Position numbers and translations under genes: made by a program. Under the pieces are notes generated by a model, which made no database searches, was not told the DNA's origin, and saw nothing but the letters and a program-made list of their open reading frames with translations. A stretch of DNA of 54,356 nucleotides from Octopus bimaculoides. Taxonomy: Eukaryota. The stretch covers positions 74,559,690-74,614,045 of the forward strand of contig NC_068983.1 in assembly GCF_001194135.2 (NCBI RefSeq), in the 5' to 3' direction. Positions 13,000 through 25,925 of this stretch are shown in pieces (the stretch's first letter is position 1; each line of letters opens with the position of its first letter).

Positions 13000-13700
13000 G
13001 TCTACTACATGGAGAGGTTGTAAACAAAAGAAAGCGAACGATGGCAACCGTAGAATTTAAAATACTGATGGGTGTCTGTCTTTACTTTTTTTTGTAAAAT
13101 ATATCCATTGTTACTATAGAGTCGCGTATTTTTATGTGAATATCTAGAAACAATAAACCATTCTGACTGGTTTATGTCGTGCATTTAATAGATAGGTGAA
13201 AGGGGTTCAGAATTTTCTTAAATATTTGTAGATCAACATTTGATTTTTCCCAGATGAAGCGTTTCCACTTTGCGATGACGTATTTCTTGAAATTTTGGTC
13301 AATCTTTTGCTTCCTCGTTTAGTATTAGGTATTAAAAAACCCAAATCAGGTTAGTATGTGCAGTTACTAATTTCGCCCCCATAGCTGTGCCATATATATG
13401 CCGATGTTTTACCATGAAATTAAAGGTTTTCTCCTCTAGTGCCAGGCGTGCGACATTTGTGATGAAATCTGTTTTGAAACGTTCGTGTATCTTCTCTCTA
13501 TGATTTTTCTACCTCCACTTTGATTGTTTCAGGGACCAAAGTGTGAGGTATATCGGTATACAGGTTACTAACATCAACGCCTTTTAAGGATAGTCCTTTC
13601 TGGGATAATGAGTGGGATGTATTTGCGAAAATCCATGTCGTCTCGTATATAGATAGGTATTAATGGGCATAAGGGTTCAAGGAGCATATCTACAAGATGA
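13000..13700 (-). mobile_element. Penelope-like element (PLE) reverse transcriptase fragment, pseudogenised
   Basis: Minus-strand motifs in PLE order: IPIYIRDDMDF, DVSNLYTDIPH, GTAMGAK, KWKRF-IW (the DD-containing segment is missing), LFLDI, MDIFYK; multiple frameshifts and stops. Confidence 0.85.
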
Positions 13701-13873
13701 CTTAGTCGTTGTGTGTGGAATTGTGACCAGCATTGTGTATATGTTATATCTTGGTAAAATAGAAGAAATAGGAATCTTACATAAAGTATAAGTTAGTCAT
13801 GTAACTTAATAGCTTATATATGTATATGAGTGTACAATATTATTAGACTACCTTCTTTTCTCACAGACAACAG

Positions 13874-13875
<2 letters not shown>

Positions 13876-13925
<50 letters not shown>
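13876..13925. repeat. (TCTA)n tetranucleotide microsatellite
   Basis: Direct reading. Confidence 0.95.
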
Positions 13926-13926
<1 letters not shown>

Positions 13927-14740
13927 CGTACCTCTTAATTTAACTAAGTTTAGTTGCCTATCCTATTTACTTGTCCGTTCTCATCGATTTATGAGTTTTT
14001 GCAATACTAATCATATCTTTATCTATCCTTTAATTAACCAATCAGAGAAACTTAACATAATTCTTTGAAGACGTCTGTCTCACATACACTCACCTTATTT
14101 TTCTCTGTCCGACAATCTAATATAATATATATATTATGTGGGTCAACCTTTGCCGTGTATGTGTGTGTGTGCGTGTGTATGTGTACGCATATATATTTTT
14201 GTCTAACTCTCAGAGTGTTGGGGTGTGTGAATATAAGTGTACGTATTTGTACATAAGTAAGTGTGGTAGAGTTGTTACCGCCTCTTTCAGGTGAAGGTAG
14301 TATAGTGAAGGAGGAAGTATAACTTACGACAGTGATATGACAATAATTTTAAAATCTATATCTGTCATCGGCTTACTTTTTTCAAGAAGATTACAAAAAT
14401 CGCCGCACTATATTTGAGAACATCTAAGTAAGAGAAAAGAATTAAAATATATTATGTCTAGTGTATCTTTAAATAACTCAATATGTGAATTAAGAATGTG
14501 AAGACTACATTTATATGCTCATATTTAGACGTTTAAAAGAATCTCCTGGCGCTCAGTTATATGCGATTCAGATATTTCATCTAGTAGACTAAGGTCTTCC
14601 TTCATATATAGATTTATGTCTGTATCTATATATGAGGGAAAGGTATATATGTACATACATACATATATACATACATACATACATACATGTATGTGTGTGT
14701 GTGCGTGCGTCTAAGTATGTATGTAAGTATGTATGTATCA

Positions 14741-15069
14741 CTGACAACTGGCACTACGTCGGTTGCGACGACGAGGGATCCATTTGATCCAACCAATGAA
14801 ACATCTTGCCTTTGATATTAACATGCATGTCGCTGAGCACTTCACATACACGTGCACACTCAATGTAATCCTCAGGAAGTTTCGTGGCACAGAGTGTAAC
14901 AAGCCTGGCCCTTTGAAATACAGGTACTACTCATTTTTGCCAGTTGAGTGAACTGCAGCCACGTGAAATAAAGTGTCTTGCTCAAGGACACAATGTGCCG
15001 CCCGGAACCGAACTCACGACCTTACAATCGGGAGCCGAATACCCTAACCACTAAACCACGTGCCTTCAC
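14741..15069 (-). mobile_element. tRNA-derived SINE (D-like head, A-like tail)
   Basis: Reverse complement has a GTGGTTTAGTGGTTAGGG...GAGTTCGGTTCC head, GTCCTTGAGCAAGACACTTTATTTCAC and the family A 3' tail (..CGTCGTCGCAACCGACGTAGTGCC). Confidence 0.8.
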
Positions 15070-16527
15070 ACACACACACACATATATGTAGATATGGAGA
15101 CATATTTTTGTCTGAAATCCCAGATGAACCCACATTGCAGCAGGAGACTTGAAGAAAAGTATGTATGTATGTATGTATGTATGTGTGTGAATGTCGTTGT
15201 GACCGTGAGCCAAGCACCCTAACCACTCAACCACGCGCCTTCACATATATCTACATTACATATATATACGCACGCACACACACACACACACACATACACA
15301 CACACATACACACACACACACACACATATATATATAGTAATATATAAAGGTAAGTCTAAGGATCAAGGTGTAGGAGGTTAGTAACCTTCGAACAGTCCGT
15401 AGAAGGTTATAGATCTTTCCCATATCGAATTTCGATAAGTTGAAAACGTTATTCACTGGGGTCGCCGTGTATACTCATAAAATCCAAATTTAAGGAATGG
15501 AGCAGATAAAAATCTAGGCTATATATATTTCTTAGCTAGCAGAACCTACCTCGGAAGTAGTAATTACCTAATTCTTGTAGGACAAAGTAGAATGTAAAGG
15601 TTTCGTTATTTGCTCCGTTAGCTGCCAGTACAGAATATTCATTTATCGATTCTCTTGTTTAAGAGCATCAAGCAACTAATGTATCACGTGTCATCGTAGG
15701 CTAATTCAGTGTTCATTTCTTACATTGCCATGTTATACTCAGACAAGGAAGAGCTGCACTCACACCTTTTTCAGGGCTACCGAGATATGAGCAGGAATGA
15801 ACAACAATAAAAATCAAGAGAAGAAACTAATGTGTTACCTTTAGATCAGAGAGGTACAAACATATATGTATACACAACGACACACAGCAGAGGTTACTGA
15901 ACTGTTTCCATCTATCAAATTTAGAATTAGAAACACGTAGTTACCGAGAAAACGTTTTTTTTCTTTCTATTATCTGTTTCAACCGGTGACTGTGGCACCA
16001 CTATTAGCATTAATGCTTGTTTATTTTAGTCTCACTTCTCTTTTCGGTCTTCGTAATCGGTCCTAGTGTAGCAGAAAGTTGTGGAGAGCTACCTTTTTTT
16101 GCATTTCTTTCCGTGATGTGGGTTAATCTGATGTTTAAGATAAAAAATCGTTAAATTGTTCTTTGAACACATTTACATCTACACCTATTATAATTCTTTT
16201 GCGATATATATACACATACACTTATATACATGTTTAAGAATAAGCGTCTTCCACCGCAGGTTTGTCATTGTTAAGAAAATAATTATTGAAAACAAATCTT
16301 TAAAATCCGTGCTAGTAGCCAGCTTCAGGTATTTTATTTCATTATTTCAAATATATTTAATGATATTTGAAGAGGTGGAAGACGTTTTCATTTAAAGAGA
16401 TTTCACATAGGCAAATCTCGGATTTGCATTGTAACACCTGAGTTTGATTTAGCCAATTGGCGTATGGAACATTATGAGTAAGCAAATGATTGATATATAT
16501 AGTATGAATACGTACATACGTTTATAT

Positions 16528-16639
<112 letters not shown>

Positions 16640-16850
16640 ACACACACATCTTAGTTAATTTAATTTGCCCGAAATGTATACATATTCATGAACTGAATTC
16701 TATGTTCTGTTCGTTTATATATGTATATACATATGGTGTGTGTGTGTGTGTGTGTGTGTGCGTATGTGTGTGTGTGCGTGTGTGTGTGTGCTTGTGGGCG
16801 TGTGTATATATGCATATGCATATATATATATCTATATATATGCATACATG

Positions 16851-16916
<66 letters not shown>

Positions 16917-17384
16917 NNNNNNNNNNNNNNNNNNNNNNNNNNNNNNNNNNNNNNNNNNNNNNNNNNNNNNNNNNNNNNNNNNNNNNNNNNNNNNNNNNNN
17001 NNNNNNNNNNNNNNNNNNNNNNNNNNNNNNNNNNNNNNNNNNNNNNNNNNNNNNNNNNNNNNNNNNNNNNNNNNNNNNNNNNNNNNNNNNNNNNNNNNNN
17101 NNNNNNNNNNNNNNNNNNNNNNNNNNNNNNNNNNNNNNNNNNNNNNNNNNNNNNNNNNNNNNNNNNNNNNNNNNNNTACAAAAACAAAATAGAAACTACA
17201 CGTGAGAATGTAAGGGCAAAGTAAGTAGAGGATTAAGCGAAAATGCACATTGGAAATAAAAAAAAGTAAAGGCCTTTTATGAAAAGTAACGATTGATATA
17301 TATATACAATTAGATGAACTGAGGTAGGAATAAAAGTAATAAAAATCATTATTGTGAATTGTTAAAGAGATTCAAAAGCATACC

Positions 17385-17665
17385 ATTTTCGTAAAGTTAC
17401 TAAAGACTTCGGGTTATGTGTGGAAACGTATGGGAATATTTTTAAGTTAGGTTTAGTATTTCGGTTGACTTCCCTTAATGTTCGTATGTCCATTTCCTTA
17501 GCCCGTTTAATTCCATCATTTATTAATGATATTAGGTAATGTATTTTGATTAGTATTGATCTGAGTTCAAGGAGTCTTCGTTCACGAGTATAGGTGTCTA
17601 AAACTATGGTACGGATTCTTTTCGCTAGATTATTAATTTTTATGTGTTTCGGGTGATATAAGTTG
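17385..17665 (-). mobile_element. Penelope-like element fragment (region between RT and GIY-YIG endonuclease)
   Basis: ORF 17362-17712(-) contains HPKHIKIN-NLAKRIRTIV..RERRLLELRSIL..HY..SLINDGIKRAK..PYVSTHNP, typical of PLE post-RT sequence. Confidence 0.8.
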
Positions 17666-18439
17666 AATAATAGGTATATATATATATGTATGTATGTATA
17701 CGATGGACACAAGAAATAAGTAATCTAACATAATACTGGGATTGAAGAATGCAGCAGATCCACCTTTGCATTTTGCGCAGCGTTCATTTGAAGAATAGCT
17801 TTTATATTTTACTGCCTCGGGATCAGTGAAATAACTGACAATAACATTCGACTCAATGCACGACAAAATATTTGGCTGGTTTCTAATAAAAGTAAATTAA
17901 TGTTCTACAATATGGTTCACTAATTCAGAAAATTATTAACTTCATACAGGTTAGTTTATTACATAACAAATTAACATACATCTAATCCAACCCTATTCGG
18001 TTAGATTACATATTTCTTCCTTTAAAACTCATTAATGTACATATCCCTTTTCAGTATTTGATATGTTTGTTGATTGTGACTATAGTTTGGTTGACCTTCT
18101 TGCGCAGTTATCGACTGTATTTTAGTCTTATGGAGAGATACTCAGCTGAGGTTAATGTTGAATAATTGTTACTGTCGTTGGCTTTTATTTATTAAGGATT
18201 ACTTTGGTTTCAGGAGAGTTTTCAATTATTTTAGCTTTATAGTTCTGTTTGTTTAATATGGAGGAATTTATTACGTCACTTTATTGCCTCTAATGTCCAT
18301 TTGTAATAACGATGTGTCTGTAATGTTCTCTTTTATAGATATTCTCCATTAGACACATGGCGAAGCTCCCAGACATTCTTTAACTGCATAATCTAATTGG
18401 ATGCGGAACTGTTATCTAGATATACAAAATTCATATATA

Positions 18440-18830
18440 TTCTCGTAAAAAAAAAACTGAACAAAACCGGAGGAATATACAAATTTTGATATCTATATTT
18501 GTTGCGAAGATCAGAGTCTGGAGTATAACAAATGGAGTATGCCACTAAAACTTTTGAAAACTTAGGAGAAGGTTTCAATCAGTAACAACTTCAGTTTCAT
18601 TTTTAAAATATATTCAAATCTTTTAAACTACGAAACGATAAACATACCTTCATCAGGATCATAGTGAAATTCCGTGATGCTGTTTGTAAGGAAACTGAAG
18701 TAATGACATGACTTGACTGAGCTGTCATTTGCTTGATAAATGCGTCGATTTGCTGCACCTGAGCCGCTTCGAACTGAGACTGTTTCAGGCATGCTTTTCA
18801 TCTCGTGGATCAAATGGTTCAAAGATATAT
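18440..18830 (-). mobile_element. Ty3/gypsy LTR-retrotransposon gag remnant
   Basis: Minus strand gives ..QQIDAFIKQM.. then NSITEFHYDPDEGMFIVS*FKRFEYI, resembling the EFHYDP..G.TF..WF.RYEDIF gag motif of invertebrate gypsy elements. Confidence 0.65.
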
Positions 18831-18953
18831 TAAAACATAAACTGTAGTTGTTGCTGTTTCAATTGTTCAGTAGTCATTGACATGTTGATCTCCTTCTGCA
18901 ATTTGTTATACCTTTTTGCTGTGTGTGCTTGTGTGTGTGTGTGTGTGTGTTGT

Positions 18954-19019
<66 letters not shown>

Positions 19020-19639
19020 TACAGCGTGCCCTCTTTCCGTTATACTCAGCACTCTGACTTTCATGAATATATTAGTACCTAAAACTAATACATTCAGCAT
19101 GAGAACCTCTACGCACTCAGTTAATTGCTTTAAATTAGCATATAAAGCACACTAACATATTGTATGACAGTCTGAGATATACTGTGATACGGTACCTTAA
19201 AAGAAGGTCCTGCTTAACTTTTGATCAGAACTCAACTCTGCTTACTGATTACCAAGTTGAACCTAAACAACAATAACGTTTAAATATTAATGATATCCAT
19301 CTAATTTGACTTGAATCCCTCCAGTTCTTGTAAACTTAGTTTAAAGACCCTAATAATCTTTAAGAAACCACGATTATTTCATAGTAAAAAGAAAAATTCG
19401 GTTCACCATCACTCTCGGCATTATTCTATTATCTTTTAGACAGGAGCATTAACCGGTCTCAAGACCTGTTATAGGACTCCCAAGACCTGTCAGTATGAGG
19501 GAGATAGGAAGTATCTTCAAAGCACAAACCTAGCCTAAACTTACAACAGAGTGAACTCCACCAAAGTGAACCAACGGGATATCTGATGATTTTAAACCGG
19601 GTGTCGTTTTAAATCTACCACGTACGTAGGCCATAGCAG

Positions 19640-19810
19640 AATTTGAACTCACAAGGCAAACAGCTGGAGAAAGTTTTATTAGACTCCTGTCCAACGTTCT
19701 TCCAAGTTCGCCAATCCATTGCCTTAAAGTTCTATAATTTTATCGGTCCCGAAAAGATGAAATGCAAAGTTCACTTCGACAGAATTTGAACTCATGACGC
19801 AAAGAGTGTA
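19640..19810 (-). mobile_element. Two partial, old SINE family C pieces
   Basis: GAATTTGAACTCA and GATGAAATGCAAAGTTCACTTCGACAGAATTTGAACTC match the reverse complement of the family C core. Confidence 0.6.
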
Positions 19811-20984
19811 GAGGTTTGGTAGACAAGAAACAACTATCGTTTCCTTATCATGCTGAAACTGTTACAGTCTTTGATTTTGTTATATATGCCGTATTTTACA
19901 GCATAATACTATGCCGGTAAGCATCATAGAAAAGTTTTCGAGTCTCCCAGCCCGCCATCTAAAAAAGGAACGGTCCGGATCAAACCCGGGCCTATTTTTA
20001 GCTCAAATCAATTTTATTCAAACGTAGCTCTGGACAAATACAATCCAACCGTGGACATCACGCATTTATTTTACTTTCAGGCTTATTGTATGTAGCTGTA
20101 GTATAAAATAACCTTCACTTTCTCAAAACGGTATGAGTGAGATCGGCTGTTATTCCTAGCCGATGAAGTAAGTAAAGATTGCTTCTTTGTTGGCTGTTAT
20201 ATTATCACAATGAAATACATGAACAAAATCATATAATTAGCTTTAATAATTATTTTGAAAAATAATTTCTACAGCGTTATAATTTTTGGCTATTTTGTAT
20301 TTATTGGTTTCACTCATTGAAAAAAGTTTATGTTGGGGCTCCAGTGGATATGGTCGAGTGATTTTCGCGTGGTGTATATTTAACGAATTTCTGTTTATCC
20401 AGTAGCTAACTTACATTTCTGACTGACATAGAGGGATGCAAAATAACATGCTTGTTTACGTTGGTAAACATAGACAAGCACATAAATACACATCCACCCA
20501 CCCACACACACTATCATACACATTCACACACTCAAATGCACACTAACACACACCCAAACACAACACACACACATTTACATGCACATTCACAAAAGATGTA
20601 ATGATAAATAACAAAAAAAAAAAAAAAAAAAAAAAAAGATAAAATGAGAGGGACAAATGAAAACAGACGTGTTATTAGTAAAACGCTTTTGAGGCTGAAA
20701 AATATTTAACGTTTCGGATGCAAATTTATCTCCAGATAAATGGATGAAAAGAAAAAGGGAAAAGAAGAAATGATGGTGGAAAGGGGAAAATGTTTAGAGG
20801 CTAAGTGCCAATGCAGTGGTATCCAGAGGAGTTGGGAAGATAGGAGAGGCGGGCTGGTGTGTATGCATGCATCGTGATACATATCCGTTGATTTCTGGAT
20901 TGTTTGAAGCTGTGCATATTTGGGTTGGTATGTATGTATGTATTTATATATGTATGCATGTATGTATGTGTCTATGTGTGTGCA

Positions 20985-21150
20985 TGTTGTGTTGACGCAC
21001 CCAGATGAAGAAGTAGGATCTCCCAAGACGTATAAATAGAGGTAGTCTGGCCGTGGTAGGTGTGTTGAGTAGCAGTCGAGTAGCAGTTGTGTTACCGTTG
21101 AGTAGAGATCATCCGAAGGTGCGAGATAGCAGTAGCGTTGAGACATAACA
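20985..21150 (+). mobile_element. Short solo LTR candidate (166 bp)
   Basis: TGTTGTGT...ACATAACA termini (TG..CA, 7/8 inverted match), internal TATAAATA at 21031-21038, flanks GTGCA and GTGTA (4/5 TSD). Confidence 0.6.
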
Positions 21151-21158
21151 GTGTATCT

Positions 21159-21440
21159 ATGTGGAGGAGCATGGCCTAGAGATTTGAGGCATTGCACTCA
21201 AGATCACGAGATCGTGGGTTCGATTCCCTAATTGGACGGCGCGTTGAGATCTTGAACAAAACACTATTTCACATTGCTTTCCGATCAATTCAATATCTCA
21301 TCTGTGGCATTCCGTACATCTGTAGTAATGTCGATTTTATGAAGGAAGTGAGCTAATGTACTGCACAAGCATTTGATCGCTACAAACAAATCATCTGTGC
21401 AAGTTGTTCAGCAAGAAACTGCAGAACCGTCTTTCTCGGA
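21159..21440 (+). mobile_element. tRNA-derived SINE, diverged
   Basis: GGAGGAGCATGGCCTAG...GTGGGTTCGATTCC head followed by CTTGAACAAAACACTATTTCAC. Confidence 0.7.
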
Positions 21441-21617
21441 CTCCGAGAAACTACCACTAAATATGTATGTATGCATGCATGTATGTATGTATGTATGTAT
21501 GTATGTATGTGTATATTATATTATGTATAATGACAATCCCATTTTCCTACACCAACCAATATACAATCATATACGTAATATCTGTCATTGATTAATAATG
21601 TTCCTCTTTTACTTACT

Positions 21618-21663
<46 letters not shown>

Positions 21664-21859
21664 TCTTCGCTAGTTCTCCATATATTACATAATATCAACT
21701 CAAAACCCAATGGTTTGTTTTCTTCATTTGATTGATTTTTGTGACGGAGTGAATGTACAAATATCATCTAACAATATTGGACACGGTCCAACTTGTATTG
21801 AATATGTATATAAATATATGTGTGTGTATGTGTTTGTGTTGGTAAATATACATACCGAC

Positions 21860-21935
<76 letters not shown>

Positions 21936-23096
21936 CTGTGCATAATATCGGAGAAACTACTAGAACACTGAAAAGTATTTACAAAATACTTAATTTGGTA
22001 CGTATTTACACACGTGTGTGTGTGTGCGTGTGTATGTAAATCTTTGTGAAATACCGAAGAAGGTCCTAGAGCATTCAATCTAATTTCTCAAAATACTTTT
22101 ATTCTGTTTCTTTACTTATCTTATCGTCTGGGAAAACGATGAAGTATAGATTGTGCTATAATTCGAGAAATAGCTGGCATTGTATACCGCTACAACAATT
22201 TTATACATTTTCTTAAATGATTCGATTTGCTAAAATCCCGAAGTGATTGTAAACGAAAAGATTATATAACAGGAAACGTTCTCGAAGTTGTTGACATAAA
22301 AGAAAAATATGGAGGTTCGAACAGCTTACATTGTTTAAACTAAAATATTTTTGTAATACTAAGTCTGCTTAATATTACTTAATATTAAAAGCTGAAATAT
22401 GTTTAGTTTCCAATGCTGCATATAACATTTGCCTTCAGATATTTAATATCATCTATATCCTCATATCCTTCTCACTTGTTCTTTTTATATTTGATGTATC
22501 ATATATTCATGAATATTCACATCTGCTTTATGTACGTCAGCTTTTGCATGTAAATAAATGTGCAGACATATGTATCCATGACTATATATGAATATATAGA
22601 TGTGTGTGCGTATGTATGTATGTATGTATGTATGTATGTGTATATATACATATATATACACACACGTACACAGACTCAGAGTTGCATGTATAACGACATG
22701 TATGTGTGTGTGTATGAGTGTGCATGTGTGTGTATGTGTGTATTTACATACGCAAATACACACACACACACACACACACACACGTTAATGGGTTATCTCT
22801 TGATATTCTACTGCCTTTTCCATTTTGTCTGCTGGGGCCAGGGAGGTAACTTAGGACAACATTTAACCGTAGATTTCATGACAAAGCTTATATTACTTCA
22901 TCATTCTAAAATTTACATATGAATAACGTGATAGGAACAGGAAACTTCCAAAAGCGTCGAGAGAGTGAAGAATCATCATAATCCACAAGCGCTGAGAAAA
23001 TATTTTCTTCGTTTGCATAAGAAAATGTGTGTAATAATGTATGTATGTATGTATGTCATTATTCAGTTTTATTTGAATATTGCTTACCAATAATAA

Positions 23097-23520
23097 GGCG
23101 GTGAGGTGTCAGAGACGTCAGCACGCCGAACGAATTGCTTAACCGTTACATTTTGATTTCAAATTCCGCCGAGGTCGACTTTGCTTTTCATCCTTTTCGT
23201 GGTGGATTAAATAATTGCCAGTTCCGCACTGATGTCGATGTAATCGACTTAATCATTTTGTTTGTCCTCTCTATTTTTAGCCCCCTGTGAGCAATAAAGA
23301 AATAAATATTTCTTACCACTGATAGCACGCCGGGTGTAATGCTTAGGAGTATTTCGTCTGTCTTTACGTTCTGAGTTCAAATTCTGCTAAGGTCGACTTT
23401 GCCTTTCATTCTTTCGAAGTTGATATATTAAGTACTAGTTGCGTACCGGGGTCGATCTAATCGACTGACGCCCTCCACCAAATTTTCGGGCCTTGTGCCT
23501 AGAGTAGAAAAGAATATTTC
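23097..23520 (+). mobile_element. Two tandem SINE family C copies (about 23097-23305 and 23320-23520)
   Basis: Each has ..AGCACGCCG..TTCAAATTC(C/T)GC..AGGTCGACTTTGC(C/T)TTTCAT..GTCGAT(G/C)TAATCGACT.. Confidence 0.85.
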
Positions 23521-23741
23521 TAGCAAAAATAGAAAGAGTCGGTTTCTAACATAGATCCAAAAGCTCCATCCTATGTATGTATGTATGTATGTATGTATGT
23601 ATGTATGTATGTGTGTATGTATGCATGTATGTACGTATGCATGTTTGTATGCAAGCATGTATGCATATATGTGTGTGAGTATCTATCTATATTTCTTTCT
23701 TTCTGTCGGTCTGTCTACTTATCTATCTATGCTTATACAAT

Positions 23742-23900
23742 AGGCTTCTTTCAGTTTCCGTCTACCAAATACACTCACATGTCTTTAATCCACCCGAGGC
23801 TATAGTAGAAGAGAAATGTCCAAAGTGTCATGAAGTAGAGTTGAACCTGGGACCATTTGGTTGAGAAGCAAACTTTTTACTGCACAGTTAAGCTTGCACC
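23742..23900 (-). mobile_element. SINE family B, 5' half
   Basis: CTTTCAGTTTCCGTCTACCAAAT..CGAGGCTATAGTAGAAG is the reverse complement of the family B core. Confidence 0.8.
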
Positions 23901-24348
23901 TTATTTGCAGATAAAATATACCGCTGTTACCATTCAAAGAGTTAGTATAATACAGAAGAAAATGAGAAGCAGAGCTTTAAGTAATTTTTTGTCCTTAAAA
24001 CAAACAGCTAAGAAAAAAGAAATTTAATGTTCAAACGTAAACGGATTTCAATAATGTGGAAAAATCTCTCTAAAGGAAAGATCCGGGGATTTTTTATTTT
24101 TGTGCTTTTCTTTTGGTGCCAAAAATACCTCTCGGCCACATACATTAATAAAGAAACGAAGACACAAGCAACAGACTTAGATCCATAAGATCAATTCAGT
24201 AAATATTTTGCAAGCATTACAAAACTACATCCCAGACATATAAACGTGTGACATTATATATTTGTATATGTGTGTTATATAACAGGCATAGAACCGGGAA
24301 CATTACCGTTCAAATCACAATGAAATACACGAGTTGGATAGAGTGGAT

Positions 24349-24383
<35 letters not shown>

Positions 24384-24811
24384 GCAAGAGAGTTAGGGGT
24401 TGAGGATTCAACCCACTACGGGATAGTATCCATCCAATTTACTGCTGGGAGGGTACCCAATTATTGTTACACTAGTGTTATACCAAGTGTAATAAGTGGG
24501 TGTGGGTAAAAGGGGGGGGGTACCCTAAATTTATATAGCAACAAGAAAATGGAGGAGAATATGCGGTATCCATCGACTTGCAGACAGTGTGTTTCGTTGA
24601 ATTAATTAATTCATTTTGTAACTAAAATGACAAAAACCACAATATACAGATACTTATGACATACCATGTCATATTAACAATCAAGGTTATAAATATAAAG
24701 TACATTAGCAATTTGAAAATATATAGAAACTTACAGCGTTGGCATGCCCCATTCTATCTCTATAGCTCCTGCGTGCCGGAGTAATTAGCAGATAAAATGC
24801 TGAAATGGGGT

Positions 24812-24840
24812 TACATGCATGATTCGCTAGGCCTCTTCAG
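24812..24840 (-). ncRNA. Second degenerate minimal hammerhead-like motif
   Basis: Minus strand CTGAAGA GGCCTAGC GAA T CATGCATG T A; palindromic stem III, but A15.1 is T and stem I is poor. Confidence 0.3.
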
Positions 24841-25737
24841 AGATTCACAAAAATGCAACACAAATATAAAGTAAAAAATAAAATTGAAAATAAAATAGAA
24901 ATAAAAATAAGAATACAGTAAAAATAAAAATAAAAATAAATGAAAATATAAAAATATAAGGCACATAAAAAAGCCTACAAACAGTATATAAGGTCATACA
25001 AATAGTTTTAGACACTCCAATACACATGTCTGTGTCTGTGTACATAACCATACTTAGATATCTATGGATTCAAAAGCATATATACATGAGTACATACATG
25101 TGTCCAGATGTACGTCAACAGTCACTGCCACCACATGTGAGGGGGAATATACATACATACATACATACATATATATATATATCCTCTCACACATACGTAC
25201 ATACATACATATATGTACACACAAATATTCCCATACGTACATGGTCACTGGCATCAACGTTATTCGTTCCGCTTTGAAAGCTGTTTATATTTTAAAAATT
25301 TGCTGGGTGCGTGCGTGTCAGTTCCGTATGTGGTGGATGGGTCTATGTGGAGTTATTAATACTCTAATAGCAATAATAATAGTGATAATGATGATGATGG
25401 TAGTAGCAACAACAACAACACCAAGAACAACAATAACAATAACAATAATATGCCAACTTTTTGAACTTTGTGGTGAGGTGATCCGTTATTTTTCCGTGTA
25501 GAAGATCAGGTCATTCCATGAGTGAGTATGAGAGATCCTGCTGCTCTTTGGGGAGGGTTAATTTATACAGTTAATTCCTCTCATCTAATTGGACAACTAT
25601 TGTTTTAAACTATCTAGGCTTAGCTACGGTTGGATAATAACAAACAAGATGAGGACAAATATCAGTCGAATGCAAATAATGTAAATGATGTAAATAATGC
25701 ACATAATTCCTCATCTCTTAAATATAGAACTGTATTA

Positions 25738-25925
25738 ACCGGTGTTAGTGTATTTATGTCCCTGTAGCTGAGCGGTTCGAGAAAGAGATTGATAGAATAC
25801 GCACCAGGCTGTAAAAAAAAGTATTGACTTCGATTCGTTCGACTAAATTCTTGAAGCTGGTGCCACTGTCATGGCCACTGTCATGGCCACTGTCATGATT
25901 GAAGCAAGTAAAAGATAAAAAGATA
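25738..25925 (+). mobile_element. SINE family B, 3' half, with a 12-bp internal triplication (GCCACTGTCATG)
   Basis: GTGTATTTATGTCCCTGTAGCTGAGCGGTTCG..GATAGAATA..GAAGCAAGTAAAAG matches 34085-34266. Confidence 0.75.

Noticed and set aside
18625-18665. CCTGATGAAGG.. on the minus strand as a hammerhead core or exon donor
   Set aside because: It is followed by GTTTC rather than GAAAC, and the sequence is explained by the gag motif FHYDPDEG.
20690-20740. Minus-strand GGAGATAAATTTGCATCCGAAACGTT resembling the 3' half of a PLE hammerhead, near a 25-nt poly(A) at about 20612
   Set aside because: No CTGANGA core upstream; too incomplete to call.
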